DNA of 64,000 bases. Source: an uncultured Fibrobacteraceae bacterium (GTDB lineage: Bacteria; Krumholzibacteriota; Krumholzibacteriia; LZORAL124-64-63). Where the stretch lies: NCBI GenBank assembly GCA_964389015.1, contig CAYMCR010000001.1, positions 4,561 through 68,560 of the forward strand, read 5' to 3'. Shown here piece by piece: positions 21,999-36,353 of this stretch (within the stretch, counting starts at the first letter, position 1; each line of letters opens with the position of its first letter). The notes under the pieces were generated by a model. That model saw only the letters and a list, made by a program, of their open reading frames with translations. It was not told the origin of the DNA and did no database searches. The position numbers and the translations under genes were made by a program.

Positions 21999-22904
21999 TC
22001 AAGCCTCCGCCTGCAGCAGATCGGCCAGGGGGCCGTCGTGGAAATCCCTCAGCCAGACGCGGGTCTCCGCGGTGGGTGTCACCAGCGGCAACCTGGGCTC
22101 GGCTCGGCAGAGCCCCATTAGGCTCAGCAGTTCCTTGGCGGGAACGGGATTGGTTTCGCGGAAGCAGGCGTCGACCGCCGGGGCCACCGCGGTGGAAATC
22201 GCCGTGGCCCGCGCTTCGTCTCCCGAGTGCCAGGCGTCCCACATGTCGACCAGGGTGCGCGGCAGCAGGTTGCTCAGCACCGAGACGGCGCCCTGGCCGC
22301 CGAGACGGAAGATCTCCAGGTTGAGCCCGTCGTCGCCGGAGAACACCTGCAGGCCGGACGTCCGGCAGATGGCGTCGATCTGGACGAGGTCGCCGCTGGC
22401 CTCCTTGACCGCCGCCACGTTGGGGTGCCCGGCGATGGCGCGCACGGTCTCGGGCAGGATGTTGACGGCGGTCCGTCCGGGCACGTTGTAGATCACCAGC
22501 GGAATATCCACGGCGTCGGCGACGCTGGTGTAGTGGGCGATCAGACCGTGCTGCTGCGGCTTGTTGTAGTACGGCGAGATGAGCATGGCCGCGTCGATGC
22601 CCCAGTCGACCGCCGCCCGCGTCAACTCCAGCGTGCCCGCGGTCACGTTGGTCCCCGTGCCGGCGATGACCGCACACCGGCCCGCGGCCAGCTCCACGCA
22701 CTTGCGCACCAGCCATTCCCGTTCCGGGAGGGACAACGCCGAGGCTTCACCGGTGCAGCCGACGGGTACCAGCCCGGCCACGCCGGCGTTGACCTGTCGG
22801 TCCACGAGACGTTCCCAGGCCTCCCGGTCCAGCGCGTCCTCCGCGAAGGGCGTAACGAGCGCCGTGTATACGCCGGTCGGCAAGGTGTGGCGTGAGTCAG
22901 TCAT
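21999..22904 (-). CDS. dapA: 4-hydroxy-tetrahydrodipicolinate synthase
   Basis: GVYTALVTPF...VPVGCTGEASALS...VKEASGD (Schiff-base lysine). 301 aa. Overlaps the dapF stop. Confidence 0.9.
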   Translation of the reverse strand: MTDSRHTLPTGVYTALVTPFAEDALDREAWERLVDRQVNAGVAGLVPVGCTGEASALSLPEREWLVRKCVELAAGRCAVIAGTGTNVTAGTLELTRAAVDWGIDAAMLISPYYNKPQQHGLIAHYTSVADAVDIPLVIYNVPGRTAVNILPETVRAIAGHPNVAAVKEASGDLVQIDAICRTSGLQVFSGDDGLNLEIFRLGGQGAVSVLSNLLPRTLVDMWDAWHSGDEARATAISTAVAPAVDACFRETNPVPAKELLSLMGLCRAEPRLPLVTPTAETRVWLRDFHDGPLADLLQAEA

Positions 22905-23724
22905 GGATGATCACTTCCCCGCTGAAGACGGTGTCTGCAGGTCCGGTCAGACGCAGTCGCGTCTCGCCCTGCACGCTCTCGATTTCGATCGTCAACCTAT
23001 CGCCGCCGCGTGTCAACAGGTCGACTGGTGATTCCGCCAGGTCGAGCGTGACGAGCACCATCGCGACGGCCGAGGCGCCCGTGCCGCAGGCGAGGGTCTC
23101 GGCTTCCACCCCGCGCTCGTAGGTCCGGAGCAGCCAGGCGTCCCCGTGGGCCTGCTTGGCGACCCAGTTGACGTTCGTCCCGGCCAGCGCGAAGGCCGGA
23201 TCCTCCCGCAGGAGACGTCCCCAGCGCGGCACCGCGACGGTTTCGAGGTCGTCGACCGGAATGACCAGGTGCGGCACGCCGGTGTTCACGCCGTGCAGCC
23301 GGGCGAAGGGATGGTCGGCCTCGACCGTGACGTCCAGGCTCAGGTCGCGCGGCGGCGTCAGATCCACGGAGATCGCTTCGCCGGTGAAGGCGCCGCCGAC
23401 GTTACCGGAGGCCGTGGCGCAGACGCCGCCACCCTCCCCCACCAGGCCCAGTCTTCGCGCGAACGCGAAGGCGCAGCGGGCGCCGTTGCCGCACATCTCG
23501 GCCTCGCCCCCGTCGCTGTTGCGGTAGGTCATGGCGAAGTCGGCGTTCGCGTGCGGGCCGACCACGATCAGGCCGTCGGCTCCCACACCCCGGCGCCGGT
23601 CGCAGAGTCGAGCCACCAGCGGCGCGTCCGCCTCGATTTCGGCACGGTCCAGATCCTCCCGCGCCAGCATCAGGAAATCGTTGCCGGCGCCGTGCATCTT
23701 AACGAAGGGCAAGGTGCGTTTCAT
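22897..23724 (-). CDS. dapF: Diaminopimelate epimerase
   Basis: FVKMHGAGNDFLML... with two catalytic cysteines (GNGARCAF; ACGTGASA). 275 aa. Confidence 0.9.
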   Translation of the reverse strand: MKRTLPFVKMHGAGNDFLMLAREDLDRAEIEADAPLVARLCDRRRGVGADGLIVVGPHANADFAMTYRNSDGGEAEMCGNGARCAFAFARRLGLVGEGGGVCATASGNVGGAFTGEAISVDLTPPRDLSLDVTVEADHPFARLHGVNTGVPHLVIPVDDLETVAVPRWGRLLREDPAFALAGTNVNWVAKQAHGDAWLLRTYERGVEAETLACGTGASAVAMVLVTLDLAESPVDLLTRGGDRLTIEIESVQGETRLRLTGPADTVFSGEVIIHD

Positions 23725-24953
23725 TCGTCGACCCCTTCCGCCGGACCGGACGTGTCGGGAGGCGCCGTCGCGGGTGCCAGGGTATCGACCGCTACGGGTT
23801 CGAGCGGCGGCGGCGCCCGGCAGGGCCGCAGCGAATCGGACACGGACGGCAACGTCTGGATGAGGTCCAGTCCGGGCTCGATCTCCAAAGGCTCGGCCGT
23901 GATATAGGGCTCCCAGCGCCAGAGCAGCGAGTCGGGCAGGGTGACTGAATCGGGCAGGGCGCTCAACAGGCTGTCGCCGTCCAGATCCGCAAAGAGGATC
24001 GCGCGCACCTGTCCCGGCCCCGCGGGCGCGAAGACCGTGGTGTCGCCGTGGAACACCATTGCCTGGCCAGCCGGCGGCGCCAGAAGATGGAAGGGCACGA
24101 AGCCCGTGTCGTTGTCGGCGATCTTTTGCGTCCAGCCGAAGAGGACCCGTTCGTCAACGTTGAGGCTGTCCAGGACGCCCAGTAGCCGACCCGGAGTATT
24201 CAGGTCGAAGAGCGTATGGACGCCCGCATCGGCCGTTGGTGTCGCGGCCAAGAGGTCGATCTCGACGGGCAGCAGACGCTGGGGTTCGTTGTCGGCGGGT
24301 CGCAGGTCGCCGTTGCGGTCCTGGAAAGCCCGCAGGAGGTAGGGACCGCCGGGCACGACCAGCCACGGCAGGACGAAGTGTCCGGAACTGTCGGCCTCGG
24401 TACGTCGCAAGATGTCCTGCTGGAAGTACTCGAGCGAGTCGGGCGGTACGGCATACAGCTCGACCACGGCGCCGGCCGCCGGCTCGTCCTCGAAATACAA
24501 GCGGCCGGTGATCGCACCCGGCGGCAGGCTGTCCGCGGTGGCCAGGGGGTAGCGACGGGAGTGTTCGCTCGCGACGCGGTGGACATCGGCATGCCCGCTC
24601 GGGATCTCGACGACGATCACCGTGTCGGGCGGCAGCGGGTCGCTGAACTCGACGGTGGCGCTGCGGCGCCCGTGCCACTTGGTGCTCTTGATCTCCAGGG
24701 GCGGATAGAAATGGACGAAGCGCAGCGCGGGCAGGGGATCCACCTTCTCGGAGAAGGTGATCTCGATCTTGTGCAGACCGACCAGTCCGACCGTTCCCGA
24801 ATCCGGCATCACCTGCACGACCACGGGCGGCGTCTCGTCGGCGGGCCCGCCGCGAGGCGATTCGATGGTCGCGCAGGCGGTCGCCAGGCAGATCACCAGG
24901 GCTAGGGCCGCCGCGGCGACCCGACTCCCGTTGCTGCTACGGCCGGCAGCCAC
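23721..24953 (-). CDS. Hypothetical lipoprotein (signal peptide + lipobox LATAC), Pro-rich; function unknown
   Basis: AAAALALVICLATACATIES is a type-II signal peptide with a lipobox Cys. Beta-rich middle region. Low-complexity Pro/Leu-rich C-terminus. I recognise no family. Confidence 0.5.
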   Translation of the reverse strand: MAAGRSSNGSRVAAAALALVICLATACATIESPRGGPADETPPVVVQVMPDSGTVGLVGLHKIEITFSEKVDPLPALRFVHFYPPLEIKSTKWHGRRSATVEFSDPLPPDTVIVVEIPSGHADVHRVASEHSRRYPLATADSLPPGAITGRLYFEDEPAAGAVVELYAVPPDSLEYFQQDILRRTEADSSGHFVLPWLVVPGGPYLLRAFQDRNGDLRPADNEPQRLLPVEIDLLAATPTADAGVHTLFDLNTPGRLLGVLDSLNVDERVLFGWTQKIADNDTGFVPFHLLAPPAGQAMVFHGDTTVFAPAGPGQVRAILFADLDGDSLLSALPDSVTLPDSLLWRWEPYITAEPLEIEPGLDLIQTLPSVSDSLRPCRAPPPLEPVAVDTLAPATAPPDTSGPAEGVDE

Positions 24954-24956
24954 GGC

Positions 24957-25874
24957 CTATGACACCAGCAGGGCGATGATGGCCCGCTGGATGTGCAAGC
25001 GGTTCTCGGCTTCGTCGAAGACCGCCGAACGGGGACCGTCCATGATCTCGTCGGTGATCTCCTCGCCGCGGTGGGCTGGCAGGCAGTGCAGGACGATGTG
25101 CTCGTCCCGGGCCGACTTCAGCAGATCGGTGGTGATCTGGAAGGGCGCGAAATCCCGGCGTCGCTGCTTGGCTTCCTCCTCCTGTCCCATGCTGTAGAAA
25201 GCGTCGCTGTAGATGACGTCGGCGCCGTCCACGGCAGCCTGCGGATCGTGCATGATGCAGTAGGAGGCGCCGTCCCGTTCGGCCGCGGCCAGGATCGACT
25301 GCTCGGGCTCGTAGCCCTTGGGGCAGGCCAGTATGAAGTTGAAGGGAAAGCGGCGCGCGGCGTTGAGCCAGCTGTTGGCCAGGTTGTTGCCGTCGCCGAT
25401 CATGACCACGGTCTTGTTCTCGATGGTGCCCAGACGCTCCTCGACGGTCAGGATATCGCCCATGACCTGGCAGGGATGCAGCAGATCGGTCAGACCGTTG
25501 ATCACCGGCACGGTGGCGTGCGTTGCCAGCTCATCGACTTCGCCCTGATCGAACCAGCGGATCATGATGCCGTCGACGAAGCGGCTGAGCACCTTGGCCA
25601 CGTCGTAGACCGACTCGCGCGTGCCCATGCCGATCTCCTTGTCCGTGATGAACAGGGAGTTGCCGCCCAGCTGCTGCATGGCGGTCTCGAAGCTGACGCG
25701 CGTCCGCAGACTCGGCTTGGCGAAGACGCAGGCCAGGGTCCGGTTGGGATGGGTGTGCGGCAGTTCGTGACGGCGGGCCAGCGGCTTCTGTTCCTTGGCC
25801 AGTTCGAGTATGCCGCGCAACTCCTCCGGCGAGAACCTGTCGATCGACAGGAAGTCCTTCTGTCCGAGCTTCAT
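24957..25874 (-). CDS. argF: Ornithine carbamoyltransferase
   Basis: SLRTRVSFE (the STRTR carbamoyl-phosphate motif). HCLPAHRGEE (HCLP ornithine-binding motif). 305 aa. GAGGAGG RBS. Confidence 0.85.
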   Translation of the reverse strand: MKLGQKDFLSIDRFSPEELRGILELAKEQKPLARRHELPHTHPNRTLACVFAKPSLRTRVSFETAMQQLGGNSLFITDKEIGMGTRESVYDVAKVLSRFVDGIMIRWFDQGEVDELATHATVPVINGLTDLLHPCQVMGDILTVEERLGTIENKTVVMIGDGNNLANSWLNAARRFPFNFILACPKGYEPEQSILAAAERDGASYCIMHDPQAAVDGADVIYSDAFYSMGQEEEAKQRRRDFAPFQITTDLLKSARDEHIVLHCLPAHRGEEITDEIMDGPRSAVFDEAENRLHIQRAIIALLVS

Positions 25875-25919
25875 CTTGCCTCCTCGCGGGATCCCGTCCC
25901 GCCGCCGCCCCGTGGCGGA

Positions 25920-27268
<1,349 letters not shown>

Positions 27269-27272
<4 letters not shown>

Positions 27273-27823
27273 CTTGAGGTCTCCTCGCCGTCCAGCGTCA
27301 ACAAAGTGACGTGGTCGTTGGTGTAGATGCAGATCTCGCCGGCCAGCCTCATGGCCTCGCGACAGACGACGTCGGCCGCGAAGTCCGTATGGCGCAGCAG
27401 CGCCCGCGCGGCCGCGAGGGCGTAGGGCGCGCCCGAACCGACGCCCGCGGAGCCCTCCTCACCTTCGATGACGTCGCCGTTGCCCGAAACGGTGAAGATC
27501 GTGTCGCTGTCCATTACCAGCAGCATGGCTTCGAGTCGGCGCAGGATGCGGTCGTTGCGCCACTCGCGCGCCAGCTCCACCGTGGCCCGTCGCAGGTTGC
27601 CGCGGTAGCGCTCCAGGTGTCCCTCGAATTTCTCGAAGAGGGTCAACGCATCGGCGCCGCCGCCCGCGAAGCCTACCAGCACCTGCCCCTCGAAGAGGGG
27701 GCGCACCTTGACCGCGCCTTGCTTGGCCACGGTCTCGCCCATGGTCACCTGGCCGTCGCTGGCCATGGCCCCCTTGCCGTCCCGCAGGATGGCCAGGACC
27801 GTCGTCGATCTCAGTCTCTTCAT
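27269..27823 (-). CDS. hslV: ATP-dependent protease subunit HslV
   Basis: Start moved to ATG 27821-27823 (MKRLRSTTVLAILRDG) with an AAGGAG RBS. Has the Thr-Thr N-terminal nucleophile region and GSGAPYALAAARAL. The track ORF's 5' extension is spurious. Confidence 0.9.
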
Positions 27824-27851
27824 CTCACTCCTTCTTCCGGTCCGCGCACCT

Positions 27852-28808
27852 TCACTCCGAGCGGGGATGGGCCTTGCGGTATTCCTCCCGCAGCCTGGCC
27901 CGGGAGAGATGCGTGTAGATCTGGGTGGTGGCCAGGTGCTCGTGCCCGAGCAATTCCTGCACGACCCTGATGCCCGCGCCGCCGTCGAGCAGATGCGTCG
28001 CGAAGCTGTGCCGCAGCGCATGGGGTGAGATGCCCCGCAGCCCCGCCAGCTGACCGGCGTAATGGGCGACCCGCTGTTGCACCGTGCGGGGGCTGATGCG
28101 ACGCCCGCGCCGACCCTCGAAGACCGGCCGCCGGGCCTCTGCGGCCGCCAGGTTGCCGTCCAGCAGGGACAGGTAGACGTCGGGGTCGAGCAGGCCCTCG
28201 AGATGTCCGCGCAGGTGGCGCGCCGTGATGCCGAGCAGCGGCAGGATGCGCTCCTTGTTGCCCTTGCCCAGCACGCGTACCCGCTCGGATGGAAAGTCGA
28301 GGCTCGCGAGATCGAGTCCCACGACCTCCGACAGGCGCAGGCCGAGCCCGTAAAGGACCTCCAGGATGGCGCGGTCGCGCCGTCCGCGGGCTTGCGAGGC
28401 GTCGGGCAGTTCGAGCAGGGCTTCGATCATCTCCTCCATCAGGTCGCGCGGGAGTCTACGCTCGCGACCAGCGGAGGTTCCCCGGGCGAGGCACTCGGGC
28501 ACGACCGCCAGGACGCCGGCCAGTTGGAGATAGCGAGCGAAGGCCCGGATCGTGGCGATCTGCCGGGCGATGGTGGCGTGAGCGCGACCGCGGCGACGCA
28601 GCAGGGCCAGGTGATCCCGCACGGCGGTCCGTTCGTTGAAGAGGCGGCGCCAAGCCTGGTCCCCGACCTTGGCGGGCAGGTGGCCGAGGTTGCGGCTCGT
28701 CTCAAGGAACTGGGACAGATCACGGGTATACGCCTCGACGGTGCGTGCGCTGGCGCCCTTCTCGATCTCGATGTGACGCGTAAATGCGGTGACGTGATCC
28801 ATGCGCAT
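27852..28808 (-). CDS. xerC: Tyrosine recombinase XerC-like
   Basis: Catalytic signature residues: RDRAILEVLYGLGLRLSE, HALRHSFATHLLDGGAGIRVVQELLGH, TQIYTH. 318 aa. Confidence 0.8.
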   Translation of the reverse strand: MRMDHVTAFTRHIEIEKGASARTVEAYTRDLSQFLETSRNLGHLPAKVGDQAWRRLFNERTAVRDHLALLRRRGRAHATIARQIATIRAFARYLQLAGVLAVVPECLARGTSAGRERRLPRDLMEEMIEALLELPDASQARGRRDRAILEVLYGLGLRLSEVVGLDLASLDFPSERVRVLGKGNKERILPLLGITARHLRGHLEGLLDPDVYLSLLDGNLAAAEARRPVFEGRRGRRISPRTVQQRVAHYAGQLAGLRGISPHALRHSFATHLLDGGAGIRVVQELLGHEHLATTQIYTHLSRARLREEYRKAHPRSE

Positions 28809-28826
28809 CCTCCCGGCGAGAATCTA

Positions 28827-30191
28827 TCATCGGGCTGTGCCGGCGGCAAGCAGACGCTGAGCCTCGGGCCCGCGTAGATGCCGTGTCAGGCTTGCCAGGC
28901 TGCGCTCGGCCATGGCCAGTCGGCGCCGGCGTCTCCCGCCGCGCCCCCGCGGGGGATACGCCAGCGACGGCAACAGCCCAAAGTTGACGTTCATGGGCGT
29001 CAGCCGGTCACCGGTTCCGTCGAAGAGAAAGCCGTGCAGCAGGGCGCCGAGCAACGTGTCATGAGGCCAGGGCGGGAGCTTCTCGCCGTGCAGCTCCGCG
29101 GCGAGGATCCAGGCGGTCGTCAAGCCGGAGGCGATGGACTCCACATAACCCTCGACGCCGGTGATCTGTCCCGCGAAACGAAGGCGGGGCTGGGCGGGCA
29201 AGGCGAAGGCGCGGTTCAGCACGCGCGGTGTATCCAGGTAGAAGTTGCGGTGCAGCTGGCCGTAGCGGACGAACTCCGCGTGCGCGAGGCCGGGAATCAG
29301 GCGGAAGACGCGCCGTTGCTCCGCACGCTTCAGCCGCGTCTGGAAGCCTACCAGCCCGTAAAGGTTGCCGGCCCGGTTCTCCTGACGCAGTTGCACCACG
29401 GCGTGTGGGCGCTCGCCGGTGCGGGGATCCGCAAGGCCGACCGGACGCAGGGGGCCGAAGGCCATGGTCTCGAGCCCGCTGTCCGCGATCTCCTCTATGG
29501 GCTGACAGCCGGCAAAGAGCTGCGCGCGATCGAAATCGTGGACCTCGGTACGCGCGGCGCCGGTCAGGACGGCGTGGAAAGCCGTGTACTCCTCCCGCGT
29601 GAAGGGTGCGTTCAGGTAGTCCGCCTCCCCCTTGTCGTAGCGGGCGGCGCGGAAGAGCGTGTCCAGGTCAAGGGATTCCAGGGTGACGGTGGGCGCGATG
29701 GCGTCGAAGAAATACAGACCCGTACCGCCGGTCAGCGCTTCGAGGCGCCGGTGCAAGTCCCCCGAAGTCAGCGGACCGGTGGCAATGATCCAGAACGCGT
29801 CCGCGGCCAGGTCGGGATCCGTCACCTCTTCGCGCACGATCTCGATCCGGGGATCGTCGGCGAGCAGGGCTTCGACACGCGACGAGAACAGCGCCTTGTC
29901 CACCGCCAAGGCGGCGCCGGCGGGCACCGCGCAGTCGCGCGCGATGGCGAGCAAGCGGCAGCCCGCCGCGGCCAGCTCCGCCTTGAACAGGCCGGAGGCG
30001 GTGGCGGGTTCGACGCTCTTGAGGGAGTTGCTGCAGACGATCTGGGCGAGCGCGTCGCCTTGGTGGGCCGGCGTCCCGCGGGCGGGGCGCATCTCGTGCA
30101 GGACGACCGGAATTCCGAAACGGGAGAGCTGCAACGCCGCCTCGCAACCGGCCAGACCGCCGCCGGCGACGTGCACGGCGCTCATCGGCAT
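28827..30191 (-). CDS. trmFO: Methylenetetrahydrofolate--tRNA-(uracil54-C5)-methyltransferase TrmFO (Gid)
   Basis: FAD-binding N-terminus VHVAGGGLAGCEAALQLS. The GidA-related fold continues through the protein. 454 aa. Confidence 0.9.
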   Translation of the reverse strand: MPMSAVHVAGGGLAGCEAALQLSRFGIPVVLHEMRPARGTPAHQGDALAQIVCSNSLKSVEPATASGLFKAELAAAGCRLLAIARDCAVPAGAALAVDKALFSSRVEALLADDPRIEIVREEVTDPDLAADAFWIIATGPLTSGDLHRRLEALTGGTGLYFFDAIAPTVTLESLDLDTLFRAARYDKGEADYLNAPFTREEYTAFHAVLTGAARTEVHDFDRAQLFAGCQPIEEIADSGLETMAFGPLRPVGLADPRTGERPHAVVQLRQENRAGNLYGLVGFQTRLKRAEQRRVFRLIPGLAHAEFVRYGQLHRNFYLDTPRVLNRAFALPAQPRLRFAGQITGVEGYVESIASGLTTAWILAAELHGEKLPPWPHDTLLGALLHGFLFDGTGDRLTPMNVNFGLLPSLAYPPRGRGGRRRRRLAMAERSLASLTRHLRGPEAQRLLAAGTAR

Positions 30192-32875
30192 CAGGTTTTC
30201 TTCTTCCGGGGGGCTGGCTTGGCGGTCTTCTTTTTCGTCTTCTTGGCGGTCTTCTTCTTCGTCTTGCGGACTGGCTTCTTGCGGGACGTCTTCTTGCGCT
30301 TGGCCGCGGCCGCCAGCAGCACCAGCGATTCTTCCACCGTCAGGTCTTCCGGATCGTCACCCTTCGGCAACGAGGCGTTGACCTTGCCGTCGGTCACGTA
30401 GGGACCGTAACGACCTTTGATGACCTGCAGGGCGACGCCGGTTTCCGGATGCGGACCGACTTCCTTGAGGATCGTGCGGCGGTTCTTGTTACGGATGCGC
30501 TCGAGAGCTTCTTCGAGGGTGATGGAAAAGAGCGTCTCCACGGACGAGACGCTGGCGAAGACGCGCTCGAGTTCCACGTAGGGCCCGTAGCGTCCGAGCC
30601 CCGCCCGGACTGGCTTGCCGGATTCCGGGTCGCTGCCGATCTCGCGGGGCAGGGACAGGAGGCGCAACGCGAATTCCAGATCGATACTGGACGGGTCGGT
30701 GCCGCGGCCGAGACTGACACGCTTGGGCTTGGGCCCGTCGTCGACGACCTCGCCGAGCTGCAGGTAGGGGCCGTAAGGACCGGTCAGCACGAAGATCGGC
30801 AGACCGGATTCCGGATCGTTGCCGATGGGCTCGCGGGCTTTGTCGCGGGCTTCCAGCAGCTGTGCCGCGCGCTCCGGCGTCAATTCGTCGATGAGCAGAT
30901 CCAGGGGCAGGGTAACGCGCCGTGCCTCTTCGCCCTTGCCGGACTGGACGTAGACGTAGTTTCGCCCGATGCGCACGCGCAGCTCCTCGCCGGTCCTGGG
31001 ATCATCGCCCAGCGGGATGTCGGGATACTCGATGCCCGGCAATTCGCGTTCGATGGCCCGGATGAGACCCTCTTCCCCCGCCTCGTCACCCTTGTAGAAA
31101 CTGTCCAGGAAAACGCGACGGTCCAGCTTGCCCGCGGCGATATCGTCGAGTCCTTCCTCCATGCGGGCAGTGAACTTCAGGTCGATGTAGTGGGAGAAAT
31201 GCCCGCGCAGGAGATTGATCACGGCCATGCCGACGTAGGTGGGCAGCAAGGCCCCCTTCTTCTTCACGGCGTACTCACGCTGCTGGATGGTGGAAATGGT
31301 CGGGGCGTACGTGGACGGGCGTCCGATCCCCTCCTCTTCCAACCGCTTGATCAGGGAAGCCTCGGTGAACCGCGCGGGCGGCGCGGTGACGTGACGCACG
31401 GGCAGCACACCCGCCAGGGAGATCTCGCTGGCGTCGTTGCCGATCTCCGCGCCTTCGCCGATCTCGGGGAGCAGCTTGTCCTGTGCGGATGAACCGGTGA
31501 CGCGATAGAAGCCGGGAAAGCGCACGACCGAACCGGTGGCGCGAAAGACCAGGTCTCGCCCTTCCGCGCGCGCCAACAAGTCGATCGTCGTGCGGTCGAG
31601 GATGGCGTCCGCCATCTGCGACGCGATGGCCCGTTCCCAGATGAGACGGTAGAGCGCTAGTTCTTGCTTGTCGAGATAGCGGGACAGCGAGTCGGGCGTG
31701 CGCATCAAATTGGTGGGCCTGATGGCCTCGTGGGCTTCCTGGGCCGACTTCGCCTTCGTGCGGTAGCGGCGAGGGCCGGCGGCATATTCGGTGCCGAACT
31801 CGGCCCGGATAAACGCGTCCGCCGCAGCGAGCGCCTCTTCGCTCATGTTCAGGGAGTCGGTCCGCATGTAGGTGATCAGACCCTCGCGGGAACCGCCCAG
31901 ATCGACGCCCTCGTAGAGACGCTGCGCCACCTGCATGGCCCGTCGCGGCGACATGCCCAGGCGCGAGCTCGCGGCCTGCTGCAGGGTGGAGGTGATGAAG
32001 GGCGGCGAGGGACGCTTGCGCGTCTCCTTGCGCGCGACGGGGCCCACGCGCCAGGGCAACGACGTCGCGCTGCCTTTCGCGAGGGCGGTGGCGGTCGTCT
32101 CGTCCAGCTGTGCCAGGGCGGCCTTCTTCAATATGCCGGTGTCGGGATCGAAGTCCTTGCCCGTGGCCAATCGTTCGCCGTCGATCTCGGTCAGGCGGGC
32201 GGTGAAGGGATTGCCGCCGGCGCTCAACGTCGCCTCCAGATCCCAGAACTCGGCCTCCTGGAAACGAAGCCGGGCCTCCTCCAGCTCCACGATAAGGCGG
32301 AGCGCCACGCTCTGGACTCGTCCGGCGCTGAGCTTGGTCCGCACCTTTTTCCAGAGCACGGGCGAGAGGGAGTAACCGAAGAGGCGGTCGAGGATGCGGC
32401 GACCCTCCTGGGCACGGACGACCGACAGGTCCACGTCGCGCGGCGAGGCCAGCGCCCGCTCGATGGCCGTACGCGTGATTTCGTGGAAGGTGATGCGCTT
32501 GACCGGGATCTTGGGCTTGAGGACTTCGAGCACATGCCAGCTGATGGCTTCGCCTTCGCGGTCCTCGTCTGTGGCCAGCAGGAGTTCGTCTGCACCCTTC
32601 ATCAGCTTGCGCAGATCCGTCACGTGCTGCTTGCTATCGCGGCCGATCACGTAGACGGGCGTGTAGTCGCCGTCGACGTCTACGCCGAGCCGCGCCCAAC
32701 TGCTCTTGCGCACCGCGGCGGGGATCTCCGCCGCCGAGCCGGGCAAGTCGCGGATATGACCGTAACTCGCGGCGACGCTGTACTCGTCTCCCAGGAATTT
32801 CTCGATGGTACGGGCTTTGGCCGGGGATTCGACGATTATCAGCTTCAAACCGACTCCTCTTTCCGCCGGATTCAA
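30191..32875 (-). CDS. topA: DNA topoisomerase I with a Lys-rich C-terminal tail
   Basis: TOPRIM N-terminus LIIVESPAKARTIEKFLGDEYSVAASYGHIRDLP. Catalytic Tyr region. C-terminal tail KRKKTSRKKPVRKTKKKTAKKTKKKTAKPAPRKKKT, encoded by a short nucleotide repeat at 30200-30300. Confidence 0.95.
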   Translation of the reverse strand: MNPAERGVGLKLIIVESPAKARTIEKFLGDEYSVAASYGHIRDLPGSAAEIPAAVRKSSWARLGVDVDGDYTPVYVIGRDSKQHVTDLRKLMKGADELLLATDEDREGEAISWHVLEVLKPKIPVKRITFHEITRTAIERALASPRDVDLSVVRAQEGRRILDRLFGYSLSPVLWKKVRTKLSAGRVQSVALRLIVELEEARLRFQEAEFWDLEATLSAGGNPFTARLTEIDGERLATGKDFDPDTGILKKAALAQLDETTATALAKGSATSLPWRVGPVARKETRKRPSPPFITSTLQQAASSRLGMSPRRAMQVAQRLYEGVDLGGSREGLITYMRTDSLNMSEEALAAADAFIRAEFGTEYAAGPRRYRTKAKSAQEAHEAIRPTNLMRTPDSLSRYLDKQELALYRLIWERAIASQMADAILDRTTIDLLARAEGRDLVFRATGSVVRFPGFYRVTGSSAQDKLLPEIGEGAEIGNDASEISLAGVLPVRHVTAPPARFTEASLIKRLEEEGIGRPSTYAPTISTIQQREYAVKKKGALLPTYVGMAVINLLRGHFSHYIDLKFTARMEEGLDDIAAGKLDRRVFLDSFYKGDEAGEEGLIRAIERELPGIEYPDIPLGDDPRTGEELRVRIGRNYVYVQSGKGEEARRVTLPLDLLIDELTPERAAQLLEARDKAREPIGNDPESGLPIFVLTGPYGPYLQLGEVVDDGPKPKRVSLGRGTDPSSIDLEFALRLLSLPREIGSDPESGKPVRAGLGRYGPYVELERVFASVSSVETLFSITLEEALERIRNKNRRTILKEVGPHPETGVALQVIKGRYGPYVTDGKVNASLPKGDDPEDLTVEESLVLLAAAAKRKKTSRKKPVRKTKKKTAKKTKKKTAKPAPRKKKT

Positions 32876-33210
32876 TGCGGACGTGTATCGTGGCGATGAC
32901 CCGAGGGCTCTTCCTCGTCGGGGAAGGCGAAGATGAGATGATCCAGGAGTTCCTCGACGTCTACCCGCTCCAGCGGAGCGCCCCCCAGTTGCGAAGCATA
33001 GTGGATGATCAATTCCCTCTGTTCATTGGGAATCTCGCCGCGGCGGCTCAATTCCAGCAGATACCCGCGTGCGTCGGGCGACAGCGCATGCTGCTCCATG
33101 GCATCGAAGTGGCGTATACCGCCGGCGACACCGCACAAACGCATGGACGGTTCGTCATCGTGGAGCATGTGGATCAACAGTTGTCGTACCTTGTCGCTGA
33201 ATCTGTTCAA
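32872..33210 (-). CDS. Small hypothetical protein; weak resemblance to the Smg (DUF494) family
   Basis: 112 aa. The start overlaps the topA stop (4 nt). The segment RGYLLELSRRGEIPNEQRELIIHYA loosely resembles the Smg block [25 protein letters not shown]. I cannot confirm this without a search. Confidence 0.4.
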   Translation of the reverse strand: MNRFSDKVRQLLIHMLHDDEPSMRLCGVAGGIRHFDAMEQHALSPDARGYLLELSRRGEIPNEQRELIIHYASQLGGAPLERVDVEELLDHLIFAFPDEEEPSGHRHDTRPH

Positions 33211-33294
33211 CGCATCCTCCAGACAGGGTCACCATCGTCGAGTCGGGCGCAAACGCTAGCACAGGGCGGGCCGCACCGCAAGTTTGGGCGGAAA

Positions 33295-36342
<3,048 letters not shown>

Positions 36343-36353
36343 TTTCTAGCCGA

